This document shows positions 1 to 11,763 of a stretch of DNA of 64,000 bases, piece after piece (within the stretch, counting starts at the first letter, position 1; every line of letters begins with the position of its first letter). The DNA comes from Marinoscillum sp. (GTDB taxonomy: Bacteria; Bacteroidota; Bacteroidia; Cytophagales; MED-G16). The stretch lies in assembly GCA_038134805.1 (NCBI GenBank), contig JAYPVV010000002.1, positions 24,648-88,647 on the forward strand. The letters run 5' to 3'. Position numbers and translations under genes: made by a program. The notes beneath the pieces were generated by a model. It had not been told where the DNA came from and made no database searches. It saw nothing but the letters and a program-made list of their open reading frames with translations.

Positions 1-1362
1 AGAAAAGCTGTTATTGATATGTCTTTTTCACCTGTTATGTGTGGTTCAGCTTTTAAAAACAAAGGAGTTCAGGCCTTGTTAGATGCTGTTTGTTCTTACT
101 TACCCTCTCCTTTAGATTTGCCTCCTGTTACTGGAATTAATCCTGATAATGATCAAGAAGTTTCTAGAAATCCATCTAATGATGAACCTTTTGCAGCTCT
201 TGCATTTAAAATAGCTACTGACCCATTTGTAGGAAGGCTATGTTTTTTTAGAGTATACTCTGGCTCTCTTGATGCTGGTTCTTATGTTTTTAACAATAGG
301 AATGGGAAGAGAGAAAGAATCTCAAGATTAATGCAAATGCATTCAAATAAACAAAACCCAATTGATAAAGTTGTAGCAGGCGATATTTGTGCTGGTGTTG
401 GTTTTAAAGATATTAAAACAGGTGATACTCTTTCTGATGAAAAATCAAAAATTGTTTTAGAGTCTATGTCATTTCCTGATCCAGTTATTGGTTATGCGAT
501 TGAGCCTAAACAGCAAGCAGATGTAGATAAGCTTGGCATGGCTATTGCTAAATTAGTTGAGGAAGACCCTACATTAAGAGTCAATACTGATGAGGAGACA
601 GGTCAAACAGTTCTTAGAGGAATGGGAGAACTGCATTTAGAAATTATTATAGATAGATTAAAAAGAGAGTTTAAGGTTGAAATTAATCAGGGAGCTCCTC
701 AGGTTGCTTACAAGGAGTCAATCCAGACATCTACTACTCATCAGGAAGTTTATAAAAAGCAATCAGGTGGTAGAGGAAAGTTTGCTGACATTGTTTTTGA
801 AATTGGACCAAGAGATGAAGAAGTTGAAGGAAATGGGTTACAGTTTGTTAATGAAATTGTTGGAGGTAAAATCCCAAGAGAATTTATACCCGCAGTAGAA
901 AAAGGTTTTAAAAATGCTATGGATAATGGCCCATTAGCTGGATTTCCTGTTGAATCAATGAAAGTAAGATTGTATGATGGCTCTTTTCATGATGTTGACT
1001 CTGATTCATTATCATTTGAATTAGCTGCTGGAATTGCATTTAAAAAAGCAGCAAAAAACGCTAGTCCTGTATTAATGGAACCTATCATGTCTGTTGAGGT
1101 TATTACTCCTGATGAATTTACTGGTGGTGTAACGGGTGATTTAAACAAAAGAAGAGGTATAATGAAGGGTATGGATATGAGAGGAAACTCTCAGGTAATA
1201 AAAGCAGACGTCCCTTTATCAGAATTATTTGGTTATGTTACTGATCTAAGGACGTTAAGTTCAGGAAGAGCATCGGCCTCTCTAACATTTTCACACTACA
1301 CAAGTGTTCCTAAAAATATTGCTGATGGAATTATTTCTAAAAGTAATGGAGATTTAAATTAA
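1..1362 (+). CDS. fusA: Elongation factor G, 3' portion (5' end lies outside the window)
   Basis: Frame 1 is open from nt 1. Translation contains [17 protein letters not shown] and [12 protein letters not shown], typical of EF-G. rpsJ follows 4 nt later. Confidence 0.95.
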   Translation, partial: RKAVIDMSFSPVMCGSAFKNKGVQALLDAVCSYLPSPLDLPPVTGINPDNDQEVSRNPSNDEPFAALAFKIATDPFVGRLCFFRVYSGSLDAGSYVFNNRNGKRERISRLMQMHSNKQNPIDKVVAGDICAGVGFKDIKTGDTLSDEKSKIVLESMSFPDPVIGYAIEPKQQADVDKLGMAIAKLVEEDPTLRVNTDEETGQTVLRGMGELHLEIIIDRLKREFKVEINQGAPQVAYKESIQTSTTHQEVYKKQSGGRGKFADIVFEIGPRDEEVEGNGLQFVNEIVGGKIPREFIPAVEKGFKNAMDNGPLAGFPVESMKVRLYDGSFHDVDSDSLSFELAAGIAFKKAAKNASPVLMEPIMSVEVITPDEFTGGVTGDLNKRRGIMKGMDMRGNSQVIKADVPLSELFGYVTDLRTLSSGRASASLTFSHYTSVPKNIADGIISKSNGDLN

Positions 1363-1366
1363 TAAA

Positions 1367-1672
1367 ATGGCTCAAAAAATTAGAATTAAACTACGCTCAT
1401 TTGACTACAATTTAGTTGACAAAAGTTCAGAAAAAATTGTAAAAGCTGTTAAAACTACTGGTGCAATAGTTAGTGGTCCAATACCATTACCTACAAGAAA
1501 AGAAGTATTTACTGTACTTAGATCTCCACATGTAAATAAAACATCTAGAGAGCAATTTAAATTATGTACATATAAAAGACTTTTAGATATTTACTCTAAT
1601 AGTAGTCAGACCGTAGATGCTCTCATGAAACTTGAGTTGCCTAGTGGAGTAGATGTTGAGATTAAGGTATAA
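1367..1672 (+). CDS. rpsJ: 30S ribosomal protein S10 (uS10)
   Basis: 101 aa with [14 protein letters not shown] and [14 protein letters not shown]; conserved position after fusA. Confidence 0.97.
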   Translation: MAQKIRIKLRSFDYNLVDKSSEKIVKAVKTTGAIVSGPIPLPTRKEVFTVLRSPHVNKTSREQFKLCTYKRLLDIYSNSSQTVDALMKLELPSGVDVEIKV

Positions 1673-1692
1673 TTACTATTTATCCTTTTTTT
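1664..1692 (+). terminator. Weak candidate intrinsic terminator or attenuator overlapping the rpsJ stop
   Basis: aagg(t)ata ... tat-cctt imperfect stem with only 2 G:C pairs, followed by a run of 7 T (1686-1692). Confidence 0.2.
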
Positions 1693-1778
1693 AGTTTAGT
1701 CATTATTTGAGCTACAAACTAAATCCTAATTTTTCCTTTAAAAAATCATATTTTTTAATAAAAATAAATTTTTTATTG

Positions 1779-1809
1779 TTTGATCAAATTAGGTAAATTA
1801 TTATCTTTG
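1779..1809 (+). promoter_or_regulatory. Bacteroidota sigma-A type promoter upstream of rplC (-33 TTTG, 19-nt spacer, -7 TATCTTTG)
   Basis: TTTG at 1779-1782, an exact 19-nt spacer, then TAnnTTTG at 1802-1809, 40 nt before the rplC ATG. It lies in the only large gap (177 nt) of the ribosomal cluster. Confidence 0.5.
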
Positions 1810-1849
1810 CACACATTTTGTGTAAAGAACTTAAACTTTATTTATTTAA

Positions 1850-2482
1850 ATGTCTGGAATTATTGGAAAAAAATTAGGAATGACAAGTTTGTTTGATGCA
1901 GACGGAAAAAGTATTGGATGTACTGTTATTGAAGCTGGACCGTGCTTTGTCACACAAATTAAGGATAGAGACAAGGATGGGTACAGGTCAATACAATTAT
2001 CATATGATGACCTTAAACCTTCCAAAGTTACTAAATCAATTGAAGGTCATTTCTCTAAATCTAAAGTCTCTCCAAAAAAGAAAATAGTTGAGTTTAGAAA
2101 TTTTAGAAGAGATTTTAATGATAAAGTCAAGTTAGGTATGGAAATTAATATTAAAGATGTATTCAATGAAAATGAGTTTCTAGATGTTACATCTGTGTCA
2201 AAAGGTAAAGGTTTTCAGGGTGTTGTGAAAAGACATAATTTTGGAGGCGTAGGTCAAAGTACTCATGGCCAGCATAATAGAAATAGAGCTCCAGGATCTA
2301 TTGGAGCTGGATCAACTCCATCTAGAGTTTTTAAAGGGATGAGGATGGCTGGAAGGACTGGTGGAGACAGAGTAACTGTTCAGAATCTTAAAATTTTAAA
2401 AATAAACCATAAAGATAATTTAATCTATGTAGGGGGGTCTGTTCCTGGATCTAAAAACACCTATGTTGTTTTATCAAATTAA
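1850..2482 (+). CDS. rplC: 50S ribosomal protein L3 (uL3)
   Basis: 210 aa with [16 protein letters not shown]; S10-operon order. Confidence 0.97.
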   Translation: MSGIIGKKLGMTSLFDADGKSIGCTVIEAGPCFVTQIKDRDKDGYRSIQLSYDDLKPSKVTKSIEGHFSKSKVSPKKKIVEFRNFRRDFNDKVKLGMEINIKDVFNENEFLDVTSVSKGKGFQGVVKRHNFGGVGQSTHGQHNRNRAPGSIGAGSTPSRVFKGMRMAGRTGGDRVTVQNLKILKINHKDNLIYVGGSVPGSKNTYVVLSN

Positions 2483-2486
2483 ATTA

Positions 2487-3113
2487 ATGAAAATAGATAT
2501 TAATAAAATTTCAGGAAAAGCTAGCGGTAAACAGATAACTCTACCAGATAAGATTTTTTCTATTGAGCCTAATGATCATGCTATCTACTTAGATGTTAAA
2601 AGCTATCTTAAAAATCAAAGACAAGGAAATAGTAAGGTCAAAGGTAGATCGGAAGTAGCAGGTTCTACCAGAAAAATTAAAAAACAAAAAGGTACAGGTA
2701 CAGCAAGAGCTGGAAGTATTAAATCACCATTATTCAAAGGAGGGGGTCAAATTTTTGGACCAGAACCAAGAGAATATAAAAATAAAATTAATAAAAAAGT
2801 AAAAGATCTAGCTAGGAAGTCTGCTTTGTCTCATAAAATAAAAGAAAACTCGTTATTTGTTGTTGAAAATTTTGATTTAAAGCAACCTAAAACAAAAGAA
2901 TATGTATCTATACTCTCAAATTTTTCACTAGAAAACAAAAAATCATTACTATTCACATCTATTAATCAAAAGAATGTTGTTCTATCCTCTAATAACATTA
3001 AAAATGCATTGGTTAAGACTATTGATGAAATTAATACTTATGATATTATAAATGCAGATAGTATTTTAATAGATGAGGATTCAATCAAAAAATTAAATGA
3101 AATTTTAAAGTAA
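2487..3113 (+). CDS. rplD: 50S ribosomal protein L4 (uL4)
   Basis: KQKGTGTARAGSIKSPLFKGGG. I chose the ATG at 2487 (MKIDINK...) rather than the track start at 2463, which overlaps the rplC 3' end. Confidence 0.95.
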   Translation: MKIDINKISGKASGKQITLPDKIFSIEPNDHAIYLDVKSYLKNQRQGNSKVKGRSEVAGSTRKIKKQKGTGTARAGSIKSPLFKGGGQIFGPEPREYKNKINKKVKDLARKSALSHKIKENSLFVVENFDLKQPKTKEYVSILSNFSLENKKSLLFTSINQKNVVLSSNNIKNALVKTIDEINTYDIINADSILIDEDSIKKLNEILK

Positions 3114-3114
3114 G

Positions 3115-3402
3115 ATGGCTATTTTGATAAAACCTATTCTAACTGAAAAAGCAACTTCTTCTAATGATAAAGGAATGTTCTCTTTTATCGTAGATAAGAA
3201 AGCGAATAAAGTTCAAGTAAAAAAAGCTGTTGAAAAAACATATAATGTAAATGTTATTAGTGTTAATACAATTAATGTTCTTGGAAAATCTATTTCTAAA
3301 TTTACTAAAACAGGAATTGTTAGTGGCAGAAAACCGTCTTATAAAAAGGCTATTGTTAAATTAAAAGAAGGAGAGTTTATAGATTTCTATTCTCAAATTT
3401 AA
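3115..3402 (+). CDS. rplW: 50S ribosomal protein L23 (uL23)
   Basis: 95 aa with [19 protein letters not shown]; operon position. Confidence 0.95.
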   Translation: MAILIKPILTEKATSSNDKGMFSFIVDKKANKVQVKKAVEKTYNVNVISVNTINVLGKSISKFTKTGIVSGRKPSYKKAIVKLKEGEFIDFYSQI

Positions 3403-3412
3403 ATGTTATACA

Positions 3413-4231
3413 ATGAGTAAAAAAATCACACCTGTTACCCCTGGACTAAGATTTAGAATAGCTCCGTCTTTTGATACTATCACAACTAGTACACCTGAGA
3501 AATCTTTATTAGTTACTCTTAAAAAATCTGGTGGTAGAAATAGCAGTGGTAAAATGACTGTTAGAAATATAGGAGGTGGGCATAAAAGAAAAATCAGAAT
3601 AATTGACTTCAAAAGAGTTAAGGATGATATTCCAGCAATTGTTAAATCAGTTGAATATGATCCTAATAGATCTGCTAATATTGCACTTTTATCTTATGTT
3701 GATGGAGTTAAAAGTTATATTATTTCTCCTAATGGTTTAAAAGTTGGTCAAGAAGTTATTTCAGGTGATAATTCTCCAATTGAAATTGGCAACTGCTTAA
3801 CCCTTAAAAATATCCCTTTAGGTACAATTATTCATAATGTTGAGTTATCTCCTAGTAAAGGCGCATCATTAGCAAGAAGCGCTGGCTCATACGCTCAGTT
3901 AGTTGCAAAAGAAGGAAAATATGGAACTCTTAAACTTCCTTCTGGTGAGATGAGATTAGTATTACTGACATGTAGAGCAACTATTGGATCTGTATCTAAT
4001 GCAAATCATATGAATGTTAGACTTGGAAAAGCTGGAAGAAATAGATGGTTGGGTAAAAGGCCAAGAGTAAGAGCTGTAGCTATGAACCCTGTTGATCATC
4101 CAATGGGTGGAGGTGAAGGAAAAGCATCAGGAGGTCATCCTAGATCCAGAAAAGGATTGTATGCAAAAGGTTTGAAAACTAGAAAGAAAAATAAATATTC
4201 TGATAAACTTATTATTAAAAAAAGAAAATAA
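3413..4231 (+). CDS. rplB: 50S ribosomal protein L2 (uL2)
   Basis: [15 protein letters not shown] and [14 protein letters not shown]. Confidence 0.97.
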   Translation: MSKKITPVTPGLRFRIAPSFDTITTSTPEKSLLVTLKKSGGRNSSGKMTVRNIGGGHKRKIRIIDFKRVKDDIPAIVKSVEYDPNRSANIALLSYVDGVKSYIISPNGLKVGQEVISGDNSPIEIGNCLTLKNIPLGTIIHNVELSPSKGASLARSAGSYAQLVAKEGKYGTLKLPSGEMRLVLLTCRATIGSVSNANHMNVRLGKAGRNRWLGKRPRVRAVAMNPVDHPMGGGEGKASGGHPRSRKGLYAKGLKTRKKNKYSDKLIIKKRK

Positions 4232-4234
4232 AAT

Positions 4235-4504
4235 ATGGCTAGATCATTAAAAAAAGGTCCTTATATTGATTTTAGACTTAAAAATAAAGTTGATAATGCT
4301 AATGAAACAGGTAATAAAAGTGTTATCAAGACATGGTCTAGAAGATCTATGATTTCTCCAGATTTTGTTGGTCATACATTTGCTGTACATAATGGTAATA
4401 AGTTCATTCCAGTATTTGTAACTGAGAATATGGTTGGTCATAAACTTGGTGAGTTTTCACCTACAAGAAATTTTAGAGGTCACGCAAATAAAAAAAATAA
4501 ATAA
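4235..4504 (+). CDS. rpsS: 30S ribosomal protein S19 (uS19)
   Basis: SLKKGPYID and [12 protein letters not shown]. Confidence 0.97.
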   Translation: MARSLKKGPYIDFRLKNKVDNANETGNKSVIKTWSRRSMISPDFVGHTFAVHNGNKFIPVFVTENMVGHKLGEFSPTRNFRGHANKKNK

Positions 4505-4878
4505 TGGAAGCTATAGCAAAATTAAATAACGTCCCTACCTCTCCTAGAAAGATGAGATTAATTGCTGATCTCATAAGAGGAAAAGGTGTTGATTTAGCGC
4601 TTAACACTCTAAAGTTTGATTCTAAAATTGGATCAAAAAGAATGGAGAAATTACTACTATCTGCTATAGCGAATTGGCAAGAAAAAAATAAAGATCAAAA
4701 AATTGAAGATGCAGATTTATTCATTAAAGAAATTTTTGTAAATGGTGGTAAGATGATTAAAAGATTGAGGCCAGCTCCACAAGGTAGAGCGCATAGAATT
4801 AGAAAAAGATCTAATCATATCACTCTAGTATTAGATAGCTTAAATAAAAATATTAAAGAAGATGGGACAAAAAATTAA
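4504..4878 (+). CDS. rplV: 50S ribosomal protein L22 (uL22)
   Basis: [14 protein letters not shown] and [18 protein letters not shown]. Its start overlaps the rpsS stop by 1 nt. Confidence 0.95.
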   Translation: MEAIAKLNNVPTSPRKMRLIADLIRGKGVDLALNTLKFDSKIGSKRMEKLLLSAIANWQEKNKDQKIEDADLFIKEIFVNGGKMIKRLRPAPQGRAHRIRKRSNHITLVLDSLNKNIKEDGTKN

Positions 4879-5536
4879 CCCTACAGGTTTTAGATTAGGA
4901 ATTATAAAAGGATGGGAATCCAGCTGGTATGGAGGAAAAAACTTTTCTCAAAAAATACTTGAAGACCACAAAATAAGAAACTACATAGATCTTAGAATTC
5001 CTAAAGGGGGTATTTCAAAAGTTGTCATTGAACGAACAATGAAACTTTTGGAAATAACTATACACACTGCAAGACCTGGTATTATCATTGGTAAGGGAGG
5101 TGCTGAAGTTGATAAGCTAAAGAATGAACTTAAAAAAATAACTGGAAAAGAAGTCCAAATAAACATATTTGAAATAAAAAGACCTGAGATAGATGCTAAA
5201 CTAATTGGAGATTCTATTGCTCAACAACTGCGAGCGAGAATATCACATAGGAGAGCTATGAAACAAGCTATTGCTTCTGCAATGAGAGTTGGAGCTAAAG
5301 GAATAAAAGTTAAAGTTTCTGGAAGAATTGGTGGTGCTGAGATGGCAAGATCAGAGCAATATAAGGAAGGAAATACACCTTTACACACAATTAGGGCTGA
5401 TATCGATTATGCAATTTGTGAGTCTTTAACAATTTATGGGAAATTAGGAGTGAAGGTGTGGGTTTATAAAGGCGAGATTGTTGGTAAAAGGAGCTTATCA
5501 TTAAACGTAGGAAGTAAAAATACTTTTAAAGATTAA
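4862..5536 (+). CDS. rpsC: 30S ribosomal protein S3 (uS3)
   Basis: [13 protein letters not shown] at the N-terminus and KH-domain [10 protein letters not shown]. Overlaps the rplV 3' end by 17 nt. Confidence 0.96.
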   Translation: MGQKINPTGFRLGIIKGWESSWYGGKNFSQKILEDHKIRNYIDLRIPKGGISKVVIERTMKLLEITIHTARPGIIIGKGGAEVDKLKNELKKITGKEVQINIFEIKRPEIDAKLIGDSIAQQLRARISHRRAMKQAIASAMRVGAKGIKVKVSGRIGGAEMARSEQYKEGNTPLHTIRADIDYAICESLTIYGKLGVKVWVYKGEIVGKRSLSLNVGSKNTFKD

Positions 5537-5539
5537 AAA

Positions 5540-5959
5540 ATGTTACAACCAAAAAGAACAAAATTTAGAAAAAAACAAAAGGGTAGAGTTAAAGGTATTG
5601 CTCAAAGAGGCCATACAATAAACTTTGGTTCATTTGGAATTAAATCACTTGAAGCGGGTTGGATTACTTCTCGTCAAATAGAATCGGCTAGGATTGCTGT
5701 AACTAGAAAAATGAAACGTGAAGGACAGGTTTGGATAAGAATTTTCCCGGACAAACCTATTACAAAAAAACCAGCTGAAGTTAGGATGGGTAAAGGAAAA
5801 GGAGCTCCTGAGTATTGGGTAGCTGTAGTTAAACCAGGTACTATTATGTTTGAAGCTGGTGGTGTAACTTCTGAACTTGCAAAAGAAGCATTAAGATTAG
5901 CTTCCCAAAAATTACCTATAAGAACAAAATTTGTTACAAGAAGAGATTACGTAGAATAA
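5540..5959 (+). CDS. rplP: 50S ribosomal protein L16 (uL16)
   Basis: [16 protein letters not shown]. Confidence 0.97.
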   Translation: MLQPKRTKFRKKQKGRVKGIAQRGHTINFGSFGIKSLEAGWITSRQIESARIAVTRKMKREGQVWIRIFPDKPITKKPAEVRMGKGKGAPEYWVAVVKPGTIMFEAGGVTSELAKEALRLASQKLPIRTKFVTRRDYVE

Positions 5960-5960
5960 A

Positions 5961-6158
5961 ATGAAAAATTCAGAATTAAGAGCACTTTCATTAGAAGAAC
6001 TTCAAAAAAAGTTACTAGTTGAAAAATATAATCTAGAAAAACTTATTTTTTCACATGCAGCTACTCCAATTGAAAATCCTATGAGAATTAAGGTTGCTAG
6101 GAAGTTTGTTGCTAGAATTAAAACAGAAATTAATAACAAAGCTCAAATAGCTAAATAA
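5961..6158 (+). CDS. rpmC: 50S ribosomal protein L29 (uL29)
   Basis: 65 aa with [13 protein letters not shown]; operon position. Confidence 0.93.
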   Translation: MKNSELRALSLEELQKKLLVEKYNLEKLIFSHAATPIENPMRIKVARKFVARIKTEINNKAQIAK

Positions 6159-6159
6159 A

Positions 6160-6414
6160 ATGGAAAGAAATTTAAGAAAACAAAGAGAAGGTATTGTTAC
6201 GAGTAATAAGATGAATAAAACTATTACTGTTGAGGTTCTCAGAAAAGTAAAACACCCAATATATGGAAAGTTTGTTAAGAAAACATCTAAACTGACTGCT
6301 CATGATGAAAATAATCAATGTGACATTGGTGATTTAGTAAGAGTTATGGAGACAAGACCTCTTAGTAAAAGTAAAAGATGGAGGCTTATAAAAATAGTTG
6401 AAAAAGTAAAATAA
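6160..6414 (+). CDS. rpsQ: 30S ribosomal protein S17 (uS17)
   Basis: [18 protein letters not shown]. Confidence 0.95.
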   Translation: MERNLRKQREGIVTSNKMNKTITVEVLRKVKHPIYGKFVKKTSKLTAHDENNQCDIGDLVRVMETRPLSKSKRWRLIKIVEKVK

Positions 6415-6415
6415 A

Positions 6416-6784
6416 ATGATACAACAAGAGACAAGACTTAAGGTTGCTGATAATAGTGGTGCTAAAGAAGTACTTTGCATCAGAGTTTTAGGTGGAACAA
6501 AAAAAAGATATGCATCTGTTGGGGATAAGATTGTAGTTTCTGTCAAGAACGCTATCCCTTCAGGATCAGTTAAAAAAGGTTCAGTATCTAAAGCCGTTGT
6601 TGTTAGAACAAAAAAAGAGGTCAGAAGAAAAGATGGCTCATACATAAGATTTGAAGATAATGCAGCCATTTTATTAAATGAGAATGATGAAATTAAAGGA
6701 ACAAGAGTTTTTGGACCTGTTGCTAGAGAACTTAGAGAAAAAAACTTTATGAAAATTGTTTCATTGGCACCGGAAGTGCTTTAA
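6416..6784 (+). CDS. rplN: 50S ribosomal protein L14 (uL14)
   Basis: [17 protein letters not shown]. Confidence 0.97.
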   Translation: MIQQETRLKVADNSGAKEVLCIRVLGGTKKRYASVGDKIVVSVKNAIPSGSVKKGSVSKAVVVRTKKEVRRKDGSYIRFEDNAAILLNENDEIKGTRVFGPVARELREKNFMKIVSLAPEVL

Positions 6785-6795
6785 TTGAAAAAAAG

Positions 6796-7113
6796 ATGAA
6801 AATACACATTAAAAAAGGCGACTCTGTTTTTGTTTTATCTGGTAATGATAAAGGTAAAACTGCTAAAGTTTTGACTGTTTTCCCTTCTAAGTATAAAGCT
6901 ATTGTCGAAGGATTAAATTTATCTACAAAACACATAAAACCAACTGCTGAAAATCCTAAGGGAGGGATAGAAAAACAAGAATCTCCTATTCATATTAGTA
7001 ATTTAATGCTTGTTGATCCATCTAATGGTAAACCAACAAAAATTTATAGAAAAAGAAACAAAGAGGGTAAAATTGAAAGATTCTCTAAAAAAACAAATAA
7101 AGTAATAAAATAA
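6796..7113 (+). CDS. rplX: 50S ribosomal protein L24 (uL24)
   Basis: [20 protein letters not shown] (KOW motif). Confidence 0.95.
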   Translation: MKIHIKKGDSVFVLSGNDKGKTAKVLTVFPSKYKAIVEGLNLSTKHIKPTAENPKGGIEKQESPIHISNLMLVDPSNGKPTKIYRKRNKEGKIERFSKKTNKVIK

Positions 7114-7114
7114 G

Positions 7115-7666
7115 ATGCCTTTATCTAGATTAAAAAAAATGTATGTTGATGAAATTATTCCAAATTTAATGGATAAGCTTCAGTATAAGTCTGTTATGCA
7201 AGTACCTAAAATTAAAAAGATTTCAATTAATCAAGGGCTAGGTGCTGCCGTTAATGATAAAAAAATTGTTCAATCAGGTGTAGATGAACTAACATTAATA
7301 ACAGGTCAAAAAGCAGTTGCTACTCAGGCAAAAAAATCTATCTCAAACTTTAAACTGAGAGATGGGATGCCTATAGGAGCTAAAGTTACTTTAAGAGGTG
7401 AAAGGATGTATGAGTTTTTAGATAGACTTATTTCTGTTGCATTACCAAGGGTTAGAGATTTTAGAGGTTTGAATTATAAAGGGTTTGATGGCAATGGAAA
7501 TTATACATTAGGGATAAAAGAACAAATTATTTTCCCTGAGATAAGTATAGATAAGATAAATAAGTTAACAGGTATGAACATAACAATTGTTATTGATTCT
7601 AATACTGATGAAGAAAGTTTTGAACTATTAAAGGCTTTTGGTATGCCTTTTATATCAAAAAATTAA
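7115..7666 (+). CDS. rplE: 50S ribosomal protein L5 (uL5)
   Basis: 183 aa with [10 protein letters not shown]; spc-operon position. Confidence 0.97.
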   Translation: MPLSRLKKMYVDEIIPNLMDKLQYKSVMQVPKIKKISINQGLGAAVNDKKIVQSGVDELTLITGQKAVATQAKKSISNFKLRDGMPIGAKVTLRGERMYEFLDRLISVALPRVRDFRGLNYKGFDGNGNYTLGIKEQIIFPEISIDKINKLTGMNITIVIDSNTDEESFELLKAFGMPFISKN

Positions 7667-7675
7667 TTATAGATT

Positions 7676-7945
7676 ATGGCAAAAAATGCAGTAAAAGTTA
7701 GAGAACTTAAAAGAAAGAAACTTGTTGATAGATACGCAGCTAAAAGAAAAGAACTTAAAGCTAATGGTGACTGGGAGGGTTTAGATAAACTTCCTAGAAA
7801 CTCATCAGCTGTTAGGTTACACAATAGATGTAATTTATCAGGAAGGCCAAGAGGTTATATGAGAAAATTTGGTATTTCTAGGCTTGAATTTAGAGAAATG
7901 GCTTCTGAAGGCAAGCTTCCTGGGATAACTAAAGCTAGTTGGTAA
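7676..7945 (+). CDS. rpsN: 30S ribosomal protein S14 (uS14), long form
   Basis: 89 aa with [23 protein letters not shown]. It has only one Cys, so it is not the short zinc-ribbon form. Confidence 0.95.
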   Translation: MAKNAVKVRELKRKKLVDRYAAKRKELKANGDWEGLDKLPRNSSAVRLHNRCNLSGRPRGYMRKFGISRLEFREMASEGKLPGITKASW

Positions 7946-7962
7946 CTTTTATTTATAATGTT

Positions 7963-7970
7963 TAACTTTG
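7963..7970 (+). promoter_or_regulatory. Candidate internal -7 box (TAACTTTG) upstream of rpsH
   Basis: Exact TAnnTTTG, 20 nt before the rpsH ATG, in a 45-nt gap. There is no clean -33 TTTG. Confidence 0.25.
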
Positions 7971-7990
7971 CAAGCTTTTAAAAAAAAAAT

Positions 7991-8389
7991 ATGAATACTG
8001 ATACTATAGCAGACTTTTTAACTAGAATAAGAAACGCTATCAATGCTAACCACAGAATAGTTGAAATACCTGCTTCAAACATTAAAAAAGAGATAACCAA
8101 AGTTCTCCATGATAAAGGATTTATCACAAATTATAAATTTGAAGACAATGGCCCTCAAGGTATTATAAAAATTGCATTGAAATATAATCCTAGAACTAAT
8201 TTGTCAGCTATTGAAAAAATAGTTAGGGTTAGTAAGCCAGGCTTAAGAAAATATGTAGGTTTTGAAAATTTACCGAGAGTTATTAATGGTTTAGGTATTG
8301 CAATCTTATCTACATCTCAGGGTGTAATAACTGATAAAGAAGCTAGAAAACTTAAAATTGGTGGTGAAGTATTATGTTATGTATATTAA
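7991..8389 (+). CDS. rpsH: 30S ribosomal protein S8 (uS8)
   Basis: [13 protein letters not shown]. Confidence 0.96.
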   Translation: MNTDTIADFLTRIRNAINANHRIVEIPASNIKKEITKVLHDKGFITNYKFEDNGPQGIIKIALKYNPRTNLSAIEKIVRVSKPGLRKYVGFENLPRVINGLGIAILSTSQGVITDKEARKLKIGGEVLCYVY

Positions 8390-8398
8390 TTTTTAATT

Positions 8399-8950
8399 AT
8401 GTCTAGAGTAGGTCTTAATCCAATTTCAGTCCCAGAAAATGTCACGGTAGACATTAAAGGCTCAAACGTTATTATCAAGGGTCCTAAGGGAGAATTACAT
8501 CAGAAGGTTGATTCTGATTTTAAATTAAAATTAGAGGATGGTGTTCTTACTGTATCAAGACCAACTGATCAGAAAAGACACAAATCATTACATGGTTTAT
8601 ATAGAGCTCTTCTCTTTAATTGTGTTCATGGTGTATCTGAAGGATATGAATTAAAACTCGAATTGGTTGGAGTTGGTTATAAGGCGTCAAATCAAGGAAA
8701 TTTATTAAATCTTACTCTTGGGTATTCACATAATATCTATTTTCAAGTTCCTGAAGAGATTAAAGTTTCTACCGAAACTGAGAAAGGAAAAGCTCCTCAG
8801 ATTACCCTAAACGGTATTGATAAACAATTAATTGGCCAAATTGCTGCCAAAATAAAGTCACTCAGACCAGTTGAACCATATAAAGGAAAGGGTGTGAGAT
8901 TTGTTGGTGAGTTTATAAGAAGAAAAGTTGGTAAAACTGCATCTGCGTAA
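8399..8950 (+). CDS. rplF: 50S ribosomal protein L6 (uL6)
   Basis: MSRVGLNPISVPENVTV. Confidence 0.96.
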   Translation: MSRVGLNPISVPENVTVDIKGSNVIIKGPKGELHQKVDSDFKLKLEDGVLTVSRPTDQKRHKSLHGLYRALLFNCVHGVSEGYELKLELVGVGYKASNQGNLLNLTLGYSHNIYFQVPEEIKVSTETEKGKAPQITLNGIDKQLIGQIAAKIKSLRPVEPYKGKGVRFVGEFIRRKVGKTASA

Positions 8951-8958
8951 ATAATTAT

Positions 8959-9312
8959 ATGATGAGTATAAATAAAGAAAAAAGAAGGCTTAAAATTAGA
9001 AAAAACATTAGATCTAAGATATCTGGAACTAATGAAAAACCTAGGGTTTCAGTATTTAAGAGTAATAAAGCAATTTACTCTCAAATTATTGACGATATGA
9101 AAGGAACTACTTTAGTTTCATGTTCATCAGTAGATATTAAAAAATTTGGTAAGAATAATGTTGAAGCTTCTAAAGAGGTTGGTTTAAAATTAGCTGAAAA
9201 AGCTGTTAAAAAAGGCATTAAAGAAGTTCTTTTTGATAGAGGAGGTTATTTGTACCATGGTAGAATAAAATCTTTTGCTGAAGGGGCAAGAGAAGGAGGA
9301 TTAATTTTTTAA
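8959..9312 (+). CDS. rplR: 50S ribosomal protein L18 (uL18)
   Basis: [18 protein letters not shown] and [24 protein letters not shown]. Confidence 0.95.
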   Translation: MMSINKEKRRLKIRKNIRSKISGTNEKPRVSVFKSNKAIYSQIIDDMKGTTLVSCSSVDIKKFGKNNVEASKEVGLKLAEKAVKKGIKEVLFDRGGYLYHGRIKSFAEGAREGGLIF

Positions 9313-9316
9313 TAAA

Positions 9317-9820
9317 ATGAATAATATAAAAGCAAGTGATTTAGAGTTAAAGGAGAAAGTTGTTTCAATTCAACGTGTTGCTAAAGTAGTAAAGGGGGGT
9401 AGAAGATTCAGCTTTTCTGCAATAGTTGTGGTGGGTAATGAAAATGGTGTTGTTGGTTATGGTCTTGGAAAAGCCAATGAAGTAACAAATGCTATTATCA
9501 AAGGTACTGATGATGCTAAAAAAAATCTTATAAATGTCCCTGTGTATAAAAACACTATTCCTCATGAAGTTCTTGGTAAATATGGGGGTGGACTTGTTTT
9601 AATGAAACCAGCCTCTCAAGGAACCGGAGTTATTGCTGGAGGTGCGATGAGAGCTGTTATGGAAAGTGCTGGGATTAAAGATGTTTTAGCAAAGTCTAGG
9701 GGTTCGTCAAATCCTCATAACGTAGTAAAAGCAACTTTTAATGGCTTAATGAGATTGAAAGACCCTCTTGCCATTGCTAAAAAAAGGGGTATAAGTTTAA
9801 ATAAAGTATTCAATGGCTAA
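9317..9820 (+). CDS. rpsE: 30S ribosomal protein S5 (uS5)
   Basis: [22 protein letters not shown]. Confidence 0.96.
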   Translation: MNNIKASDLELKEKVVSIQRVAKVVKGGRRFSFSAIVVVGNENGVVGYGLGKANEVTNAIIKGTDDAKKNLINVPVYKNTIPHEVLGKYGGGLVLMKPASQGTGVIAGGAMRAVMESAGIKDVLAKSRGSSNPHNVVKATFNGLMRLKDPLAIAKKRGISLNKVFNG

Positions 9821-10010
9821 AGAAAAAAATATAAAAGTTACTATTACTCAAGTTAAGAGTACTATTTCTCAAACAGTTAGACAGAAGAAGACTATTTCAG
9901 CTCTTGGTTTAGGTAAAATTAATAAGACAGTTGAAAAGACATTAACACCTCAAGTTAAAGGTATGATTAATAAGGTTAATCATTTAGTTCAAGTTAAAGA
10001 AGTAAAATAA
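9813..10010 (+). CDS. rpmD: 50S ribosomal protein L30 (uL30)
   Basis: 65 aa with [23 protein letters not shown]. Overlaps rpsE by 8 nt. Confidence 0.9.
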   Translation: MAKEKNIKVTITQVKSTISQTVRQKKTISALGLGKINKTVEKTLTPQVKGMINKVNHLVQVKEVK

Positions 10011-10465
10011 TGAAATTACATACACTTAAGCCCGCAGATGGATCTGTTAAATCAGGAAAAAGAATAGCTAGAGGACAAGGCTCTGGTAGAGGAGGAACCT
10101 CAACTAAAGGACATAAAGGAGCCCAGTCTAGAGCAGGATATTCAAGAAAAGCTGGATTTGAAGGAGGTCAGATGCCACTTCAAAGACGCGTTCCAAAATT
10201 TGGATTTAGATCTCCTAATAGAATTGAAACAAAACCTATAAATTTAGATGTAATCCAGAAAATTTGTGATTCATCAAAAATCAAAGAAATAAATCCTGAT
10301 TACTTTATAAATAATGGGTTTGCAAAGAAATCAGATATAATTAAAATTTTAGGTAGAGGAAAATTGATATCTAAAGTTGATGTGTCATCTCACTATTTCT
10401 CTGCTTCTGCTATAAAAGCTATCGAGAAAGCTGGTGGAAAAATCAAGAAATTAATTAATGAATAA
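10010..10465 (+). CDS. rplO: 50S ribosomal protein L15 (uL15)
   Basis: LHTLKPADGS and GRGGTSTKGHKG. Confidence 0.95.
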   Translation: MKLHTLKPADGSVKSGKRIARGQGSGRGGTSTKGHKGAQSRAGYSRKAGFEGGQMPLQRRVPKFGFRSPNRIETKPINLDVIQKICDSSKIKEINPDYFINNGFAKKSDIIKILGRGKLISKVDVSSHYFSASAIKAIEKAGGKIKKLINE

Positions 10466-11762
10466 ATTATTCGAGACCATTAAGAATATCTTCTCTATTG
10501 AAGAGCTTAGAGATAGAATTATCAATACGATAGGTTTTTTGATAATTTTTAGGCTAGGTTCTTTTGTTGTATTACCTGGAATTGATCCTTCCAAGCTTCA
10601 ACAAAGTGCAGGAGGTATTTTTGGTCTATTAGATACGTTTTTAGGAGGTGCTTTTAGTAATGCTTCGATTTTCGCACTTGGTATAATGCCATACATATCG
10701 GCATCGATCGTTGTACAGTTACTGGGTGTTGCATTGCCTTATTTCCAAAAACTACAGAAAGAGGGTGATAGTGGAAGAAAAAAAATGACTCAAATAACAA
10801 GATATCTCACCATTGTTATCTGCATGTTTCAGAGCACCGCATATATATCAGGCACTATTCCTTCTGAAGCTATTTTAGTTCAAAATAAATTTTTATTCAC
10901 TCTATCAAGTCTCGTTATTTTAACTTCAGGAACTATATTTTGTATGTGGTTAGGTGAAAAAATTACTGATAAAGGTATTGGAAATGGAATATCTATGCTT
11001 ATAATGATTGGTATAATTTCTCGCTTTCCAGGAAGTATAGTTGCAGAGGCTCTTTCAAGAGGTATGAGTCAAGCTTTATTATTTTTGATTGAAATTGCAT
11101 TTCTTTTCTTAGTAGTTATGTTTACTATTATGCTTGTTCAAGCTATACGTAGAATACCTGTTCAGTACGCTAAGCAAGTAGTAGGTAGTAGTCTATATGG
11201 TGGTAAAAGACAATATCTTCCTTTAAAGGTAAATTCTTCAGGTGTAATGCCTATTATTTTTGCTCAGGCTCTTATGTTTTTACCTGCAATTATTGGTCTT
11301 CAGTTTGCTGAAAATTCAGATATTTTTCAATATATTGCAACCTCTTTTTCAAACATGCAATCTTGGTTGTATAATTTGACATTTGCAGTATTGATAATTG
11401 CATTTACATTTTTTTATACTGCAATTACAGTTAACCCAACTAAGATGGCTGATGATATGAAAAGAAATAATGGATTTATTCCAGGAATTAAACCCGGTCC
11501 TGAAACATCAGATTTTATCTCAAATGTCATGGACAGAATAACATTACCTGGTTCGATCCTTTTAGCTGTTGTGGCAATTTTGCCTGCGTTTGCGATGATG
11601 TTTGGTATAAATCAGAGCTTTGCTCAGTTTTATGGTGGAACTTCATTACTTATAATGGTTGGGGTAATTTTAGATACTTTACAGCAAATTGAAAGTTATT
11701 TACTGATGAGACATTACGATGGAATGATGAAATCAGGTAAAATTAAAGGAAGAAGCGTTTAA
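10458..11762 (+). CDS. secY: Preprotein translocase subunit SecY
   Basis: 434 aa, polytopic membrane protein with [15 protein letters not shown]; canonical position after rplO. Confidence 0.96.
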   Translation: MNKLFETIKNIFSIEELRDRIINTIGFLIIFRLGSFVVLPGIDPSKLQQSAGGIFGLLDTFLGGAFSNASIFALGIMPYISASIVVQLLGVALPYFQKLQKEGDSGRKKMTQITRYLTIVICMFQSTAYISGTIPSEAILVQNKFLFTLSSLVILTSGTIFCMWLGEKITDKGIGNGISMLIMIGIISRFPGSIVAEALSRGMSQALLFLIEIAFLFLVVMFTIMLVQAIRRIPVQYAKQVVGSSLYGGKRQYLPLKVNSSGVMPIIFAQALMFLPAIIGLQFAENSDIFQYIATSFSNMQSWLYNLTFAVLIIAFTFFYTAITVNPTKMADDMKRNNGFIPGIKPGPETSDFISNVMDRITLPGSILLAVVAILPAFAMMFGINQSFAQFYGGTSLLIMVGVILDTLQQIESYLLMRHYDGMMKSGKIKGRSV

Positions 11763-11763
11763 T

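Noticed and set aside
677-898. Same-strand alternative-frame ORFs inside conserved genes: 677-898 in fusA, 1893-2087 in rplC, 45599-45835 in hutU.
   Set aside because: They are embedded in highly conserved coding frames, and there is no independent evidence of overlapping genes.
2463-2486. N-terminal extensions in the ORF track: rplD 2463, folB 31006, MATE 40590, response regulator 59874, PPTase 30038.
   Set aside because: The extensions overlap upstream genes or add non-conserved residues. Downstream ATGs give canonical family N-termini.
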